64,000 bases of DNA from positions 672,001 to 736,000 of the forward strand of contig CBDBMG010000003.1 of the NCBI GenBank assembly GCA_965207375.1, given 5' to 3'. Positions 56,815 through 64,000 of this stretch are shown here, piece by piece. How positions within the stretch are numbered: the first letter of the stretch is position 1; the number at the start of each line of letters is the position of its first letter. This DNA is from Nitrosopumilaceae archaeon. GTDB lineage: Archaea > Thermoproteota > Nitrososphaeria > Nitrososphaerales > Nitrosopumilaceae. The translations under genes and the position numbers were made by a program. Under the pieces are notes generated by a model that worked only from the letters and a program-made list of their open reading frames with translations, had not been told where the DNA came from and ran no database searches.

Positions 56815-57770
56815 ACGAATGGCTTGCCATATGATGGCAACCAGTGCCACAAGCCAGAAAACTGTGCCACCAGCCAGAAAACTAAAATTACTTAATTAAA
56901 TAATTATATAACAAAACTAATTAATGAAATAACAGCTACTTAGCTAACTACAATAAAAATATATATATACGGAGGAGGAGGGGTGAGAATAGTTAATGTT
57001 ACATATTCAAGTGAAATAAGGTTTTGGACAACTGGAGCAATGACAGCAGGGGCAGAGGTAGCTAATGAAAAGTACAAACATTATCACTATCAATATTATT
57101 AACAAAATGACTCCATAAAATGTTTTCAAAATAGCTACAACAATTTTAGTGGTGGGAAGGGTAAGATCAATAGGGGGTAAAGAATTCCAAAGTTGTGGCA
57201 GTCTACAAAAGTAAAAATGGTGTGAGAGGGTAGCTAGAAGAAGAGCATTCAGTGATGAATCATCTTATGGGAAGTAGAGGATCTGGTAATTGATGTTCGA
57301 AAATTATATAGTTGTTAGTGTTAAAATGTGGAAGATGCAGATTTATATGACTTAATGAAGAAGCTTAAATCATTTAACTCAAATATGTACATCAAGGGTA
57401 GTAAATTTAAATGTAATAAACATGATTTGTAACTTGATTTGTAATCATTTAGAATGTATTTAGTAGCTCTTCTTTGTATTCTTTTGAATAGCAAAATATC
57501 TTTGATATAATAGGGACGCCACACTTGTGAACAATATAAAAGTTGTGATCTTACAATGGAAATATATATTAGCTAATATGGAGTCATCCGGCGAAGGAGA
57601 CCAAGAAATTTGTATGCCCTGCCGGTGATTTTTATAGTGATAATCCCAATTCAAATTCAAGGATAAGATAATATCAAGGTCCTTGATTTTCACAAATTTA
57701 GATATAGTCTTACTGTTGATATTATATTCTGGCAAATCAATAAAAGAGGGTTTAGACCAAAAATAATATA
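56815..57770 (-). mobile_element. CR1/L2-group LINE 3' fragment
   Basis: KDL.II...L.W..H, VRSQLLYCSQVWRPY..KDI...RIQRRATKYI, RLPQLWNSLP and a terminal CPCC.C motif. Frameshifted. Confidence 0.8.
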
Positions 57771-58169
57771 CTTAGTAATTCATATAGTAATAAATAGTAA
57801 TGATATAGTAAATACTAATATTACTAATAATGAGTAGATTGATTACATTAATAATAATTATTACTAATGTGCAATCAATAAGCCCTAGCATGTTATAAGG
57901 ATCTGCAGCCTGTGCAGTACACTGGATTTATTAATTTTGTCAAAATACAGACTGGGTGACACCACACCAAAAGCTTGCATCATAGCTAGTAGATCAAAAC
58001 AATCTCTTGAGTTCATCATCTCTGTGGCAAGATACGTTAAGGCATTACCTGATATCTGTGCAAATTAAAGTTATGATTTTCAACTAACAAATCTTTGAAG
58101 CTAGCTTTCTTCTGTTATATCTGTCACCACCTCCAGCCTCCGGGTGTACTGCTCTATAGCTAGTGACAG

Positions 58170-58790
58170 CCTCAATAAATGAGTCTGTTGTCATCTAGAA
58201 AGAAACAAAGCTGTTGTATACAAGTGACACGTGGCTTGAAGATTGAAGGTTAGGTTGTCAAATTAAATTCCTTGGCAAAATATGTCATTGACTGAATCCA
58301 TGCAAGTTTGACTTTGATCAGTTCTTGAGGTGTCAAAGATCTAATCTTCTTTGTAGTGGGTTGTTTGATATTCCTAACAAATCACAGAACAATTGTACCA
58401 CAAGTAATTTGTATAGGCTATTGTAGTCCATAAGAATAGTTAATTATTTGATGGGCTCCAAATGTTTAAGAAGTATGTGTACTTACTACTGTACTATTTG
58501 TAGCATCTGCCTGTAAATCTAGGACCTGGCTTTGTGTAGTTCCACACTGGCCATTGCCTATTAATAGTACAAACTGGGCCATGTCTCCAGAGTGCACACT
58601 AATCCTCCTAGTAAGTAGTATCTGCTGTTGGACAGTATCTCCATACTGCAGGGGCAATGACTAATTTCCTGAACTCAACTTGTGACAAATTGTTTCATTG
58701 TTTTAATTTATGACTGTGTAGCCAGTGAAGAACTATTTGAGTGTCACGCCACAAGTAAGTGGTGTAGAGGGAGTCAAGGATAAAATTGAT
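58170..58790 (-). mobile_element. BEL/Pao pol (RNase H region) relic
   Basis: YLWRDTQIVLHW, WRYCPTAD, LWRHGP...QWP, LTPQELIKVKLAWIQ and QQLCFFLDDN, spread across frames. Confidence 0.65.
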
Positions 58791-58914
58791 GAATTTTTCC
58801 TATCTTGTACCATTATTCACTTGTACAAACAAAATAAATTAATATAGTAACTGTTCTGTTAGAGTATATCGATCTTTGATAATATTTCTAGCCTAACACT
58901 AGCTTCCTATTATA

Positions 58915-59362
58915 TGCTGACATTATGCTTGATGCTTTTAGCTACCTATTGTGCTGACATTATGCTTGATGCTTTTAGCTACCTATTGTGCTGACATTAT
59001 GCTTGATGCTTTTAGCTACCTATTGTGCTGACATTATGCTTGATGCTTTTAGCTACCTATTGTGCTGACATTATGCTTGATGCTTTTAGCTACCTATTGT
59101 GCTGACATTATGCTTGATGCTTTTAGCTACCTATTGTGCTGACATTATGCTTGATGCTTTTAGCTACCTATTATGCTGACATTATGCTTGATGCTTTTAG
59201 CTACCTATTGTGCTGACATTATGCTTGATGCTTTTAGCTACCTATTATGCTGACATTATGCTTGATGCTTTTAGCTACCTATTATGCTGACATTATGCTT
59301 GGTTTTTAGCTACCTATTATGCTGACATTATGCTTGATGCTTTTAGCTACCTATTATGCTCA
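58915..59362. repeat. 37-bp minisatellite, ~12 units
   Basis: Unit tgctgacattatgcttgatgcttttagctacctatt(g/a), head-to-tail with no spacers. Confidence 0.95.
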
Positions 59363-59846
59363 AAATTATGCTGGCATAATCTAAATCTGGTCAATGAACT
59401 TTAGAGGAGTGATACTGAAGGAGATGCAGATACTTGAGTGAGGGCTGTTTGTTACATCCAATACTCCACATTTGGACTCCCAAGGGCCAACAATGACTAC
59501 TGCTTCCTTTCTCAGTGGTGCATGGGCACGATACACCCAGTAAAGGACCGTGTCAGTCTGTAGCTATGTGTCTATTGCAAGGGAGCACACAAAAGGCAAT
59601 CAATAATAATCACTATAATATTTATATAGCCACAGATCACCAAGGCGCCTAGCTCTGGTTAAGCAATTGTCCCGCACACCACAAGCTACGTATAAATCTG
59701 AATGCAAATCCAAACATCACTGCAACAACTGTAACGAAACATCACACTAGCCTTTGAGGAAATGTAAATGGGCAATCTGGCACATATGATGACAACACAC
59801 CCACAAACCATGCTCCAGTAAGTACCACACCTAAAACCCAGTCTAG

Positions 59847-62800
59847 TGGGGGTGTCTCTAATCAATGGAATGGAATATGGACTGGAATGTGGAATGGAAT
59901 GGAATAGCTTCTCTATCATCTAGTTATAGCTCTATAATACATGCATGCTAAAGGTGTGAAACCAGCTAGCTAGTTGTCATGCATTATAGCTACTACATGC
60001 AGTAAATTATCAGTGTTGCTAGCTATAAATAATCACACAACAAATCACGAGTTCAATAAGACATACATACATATAGCTACATACCCAAAAAATGCTACCT
60101 AGTAATCATGTATATGATTAAATGTCAAAGCCAACTAGCTATCTAGCTATTCATCTGTTTTTCTATGCCAAAGACTCTATAAACCAAGTCCCAGTGCTGT
60201 GGTAACAATCTGGCATGGATAGACGGGGGAATTACTAGCTGGTTTGGTGTAAACAAAGGCCACTTTGATTTAATGTAGAATAAACTTGCATGGTAATACG
60301 CATTGCTAAAGATCTTTGATGGTGATAAAGAATCAGGGAACGTAAGCTGGCGCCATTCTTCATGCTGAATGCATAAATCATCTGGTACCTTGGGAGGCTT
60401 GAAATATTTTTTCTTGCATCCGGCACATCGTGAAATGTTTCCAGATATAAAGTGCAAATTAAATGGTCTTTGTTCCAAATCTGCTTGATTTGAAGGCTCT
60501 AAAGTAGTTTGGGATACAATTACATTACACATGCCACCAGAAACGTTCTGTGTATTCATATTAGTTACGGTTGTATAGTTGGTTGTAGTGGAACAAGTGG
60601 TGGTGGTAATAAGTTTAAGCTAGAAGATGGTAGTGTAAGATTTTGCCCTTGAAGAGTTGGTGATCTGTATGAATATTCAACTTGAGAAGCAGATGGAAGC
60701 ATGTAACTTTGTCTAGAATATGCGGGTGAAAAATACGAACACTGAAATGGTGAAGCAGAAAATCCTTGGTCTGAAAATGAGCTTGAGAACTGAAGTTTGA
60801 AGGATGAACATCTGCATTACTTTCACTCAAGTTCCTTGCATTCATTGATTCACACGTTGTCATAGGATTAAATGGCACTCTAATTTCAGGATTAGTTTTG
60901 ATTCTTTTACGTGGTGGCTTTCCACCCTTGTATCCTCGGCCTTTGGGCATACCAGCCATAGCTAAATTTGTTAGATTGGGCACTTTCTTTTGTTTCTGAA
61001 AGGTATCAAGAAATGCAGGCAGCAAATCAGTAACACTTGCTACAGTCACAACATGAGAACAAATTCCAAAAGCTTTGTAATTTGCACAATCTCCATCGCA
61101 TAAAAATTTATTACCTTTCCCTGCTGTTACCAGGTGTGGTCTACTTCCAGATTTACTTTCTACCATTCGTGAATTCGGTGAACAACCTGGTGCTGGAGCT
61201 ATCTTTTGTGGGGCATTGATAAGCTCTGTCACTTTATTCCAAATTCCCTGAAGCACTGGAGTAGGTATAAATACATTATCTGCAAACGAATCTACCTGAA
61301 CAGATAAGCTGATAGATTTGTCAGTTGGTTCAGGAACGAAAGAAATCACACTTGGTGTAGAACATATTAAAGAAGTAGTGCCACAAGTGTGGTAACCAAC
61401 AGGAACCAAAGTTGCACTATGTACCTTTGACATATGTTTGCTACGTGCTTCTGGTGTCATGCCAAACCATTTTTGTTCATCAACTTCTAGAAACTTGTAC
61501 TGGGAACAAAACCTGTATTTTCCTCTAGAGCAAACTGCACGCTCAATTTCCTGTTGCTGATCATTCACTAGACACTTCATTTTGTCCATAAATTTTCCGA
61601 GTTCATTTTTCTCATAGTTTACCTTTGATTTTATGACAGCATTCAGTGACTCACTGGCATTTGTAGTAAACAATTTTGGGGGGTTTCCCAGCCCTGCTTC
61701 CACACGGATTGGATAAAGAGCAGTAGTTTTCAGTACTTCAGCCTTGTGTGTCACAAACCATTCATAAAAATTTGAAGACTTAGTACTCAGAGCTGCTTGA
61801 TTCTCTAGCGTCCCATATAGGTTTCAATAATGCTAGCTTGTTATCAAACTCTTCACATGACTTACAATCAATAAGCCCATCTAAATGCACCAGTCTTTTG
61901 GAAGCACCAAAAATTTCCTCTAAAGTAGTTTTGATATGTTCCTCTGGAAAATGTTGACTATGTAGCTGCTGTTTAATGTTTCTTCTCAAATGAATAGCAC
62001 AAGATAAGTGTAAGGCAAACCTAAATTCATGAGAACTAAGGCAGCTTCTCCATCAGTACCAAACGCTTTCAGCTTGTCAAGATCACGTTTTAGTCCTATT
62101 AGAGTTGATGCAAAATATAAGTAGGTCGAAAAATTCTTACGAAAATGGATTAAAATTGGGCCCAAAAATGTAGGATGATTACTCGATCGTTCTGTTTGTA
62201 GCAACAAGTTTTGGTAAGTTATGGGGGTAACATCGAATTCCCCTAAATTAAAAGTAGGATCAACAGTGACAATGGAGAATTCTTCAGCATTGGTACAAAA
62301 GCGAACCAAATCATATAGCTGTTGATCATTAGCTAGAACTAAGGCAGGATCTGGAGCAGCCTTAACATCTCTAACAAAACGAGCAGTAATATCCTTGGAC
62401 TTGCAATCTGTCATTGCGACAAAAAGTTCATCACCATCACAAATAGCAGAAGCCTTTTTTTGGTGTACTTCATGTTTGATACCTGATGTTCGTTACGTGG
62501 CAGTTGTCCTATTCCGCAGGCCTTAATCATACCACCGCTAGAGCTACTCACATTGTTTACTGTATCCTTAGGACCATGAATTTTTGCTTCTTTCTTGATT
62601 TTCGTCATTGTGCTCGCCCATGTTGGATGAAATGCAACGTCAAATTTGGAGTTGCCATGTGGAAGAGCTTGTGGTATCCTTCCTTTTGGAAACCAGTATG
62701 AAGCTACACAAAGATGATGGAGATCTCCATTGGAATCTAAAAATCAATACACAATTAACATAAGTATTAGCTACATGTTATTGTGATGATATATACTAGG

Positions 62801-63720
62801 GGTGGGGTTAAGTGGCAAATACAGCACGTGTATTTGTCACAAAACCCTACTGTATTTTATCATACGTACAACACGAGTATATGGTGCTGCTTCTACTGAT
62901 TTATTGATTTTGCATGGGAGGATTATTAGTGTTATCCTGTGCAATTCATCGAACTATACATTGTATGAAACTGAAGCTAAGATTATTGCACCATGTTAAG
63001 TACCCTGCGCATCACATAGAATCACGCATATAAAAATACATAATAAAGAAGTGTTATCTACCTGTGATAAATGCCAACATTCTTTTACACTCATTGTCAG
63101 CAGGATGATAATAGTGTAAACGACGAATGTACTGAATATCAGTTTCACCACCAACTTTATCATGCAGATGCTTGACACATAATTTCCCTTCTTCGGAGTA
63201 CCAAGCCTGAAATGGAATTGTATGGGATCCGCTTTGCTTCCACTTTCCAAAGTTATCTCTTTTAGCATCATCAGGGTGTTGTAAGCTATCTAAATCGATC
63301 AAAAAAGTTCCACTAAACTTAATGTCTGTTGGACGCTTTGTACATATTAAAGATTTATCTTGTGGGTCAAGTAACATTGAAATGAGATCATCAACACTGT
63401 ATTGCTGTGTAGGAAATTCATAAATGGGGGTTTCAGGATGTGATGTTTGATTAGCTCTAATCTTCTTGCTAACATCATCATCACTACCACTATCATCATT
63501 GTCATCATCATCACAATTAGAAAAACTACCACACAAACACACCACTGTAATAAATCACACGTACTACTATATATACTACTACAGTTATCAAAAAATAGGT
63601 ATACTTACTCATCATCTTCCTTGAACAACTGCTTCTTACAAGAAGTTTGCTTATCACTTCCTACTGAATAATCTACCACTTCTGAATCACTTTCACTGTC
63701 TAACATATACCTACATGTTG
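59847..63720 (-). mobile_element. MULE (Mutator-like) transposon with intron-containing, disrupted transposase; second TIR probably outside the window
   Basis: VDPTFNLGEF, LGPILIH, FGTDGE, TTNASESLN (DDE), SWIM CDGDC...CSH and a C-terminal CxxC...YYH. Stop at 61780 and frameshifts. Putative TIR ggggtgtctctaatcaatggaatggaatatggactgg at 59848. Confidence 0.8.
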
Positions 63721-64000
63721 TAGTTGAAAACTAACAAAAATGCCAATAACTAATGACTAACATTAATACGTACCACGGAATTAATAACCAGAGTTACATA
63801 AAGCTATAGCTAGCAGATATTTTAATGAATTGCCTGTTAGACAAGCATAAACAGCATGTTAAAATTTTAATTGGCCGCCTGTCATTTCTCGCCCTCTTTT
63901 ATTACAAGACCTCCCCGCGTAGCTTGTCAGGGCAAGCAGCCAACCATGGCTTTAGTTTTATATTAAATTGATAATTACAGCACTAGAAAGATTATGTATT

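Noticed and set aside
58915-59362. Possible CRISPR array (37-bp repeats)
   Set aside because: Units are head-to-tail with no spacers, there are no cas genes, and the context is eukaryotic.

Overview
AT-rich eukaryotic genomic DNA with short GT-AG introns. It is probably an early-branching animal; a demosponge is my guess from the repeat and intron style, not something I can prove. The window is dominated by transposons and their relics: many nested MITEs (pogo/Tc1-like, hAT-like with 8-bp TSDs, MULE-like with 9-bp TSDs), a decayed AcademX element, a decayed MULE transposase, a young long-TIR element carrying a PHD-finger ORF, fragments of BEL/Pao, Penelope-like and CR1/L2-like retroelements, an intron-rich orphan DDE-like pseudogene, and micro/minisatellites. 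Host-type coding sequence is limited to an apparently intact minus-strand Citron-like C1-PH gene (five frame-compatible exons), a BLM/RecQ pseudogene fragment, an isolated EGF exon and a Fringe-like exon. The most unusual signal is two sequence-unrelated families of non-coding, Helitron-like elements (family A, 4 copies; family B, 2 copies) that share one design. At one end is A|TCA, a small hairpin with a 4-nt loop and a 10-11 bp subterminal inverted repeat. At the other end is a 330-420 bp near-perfect palindrome ending in (C/T)TAG. In family A the palindrome arms are homogenised within each copy and the loop occurs in both flip and flop orientations, which suggests hairpin-transfer (rolling-hairpin-like) replication. 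All protein calls come from motif recognition by eye; no database searches were run.
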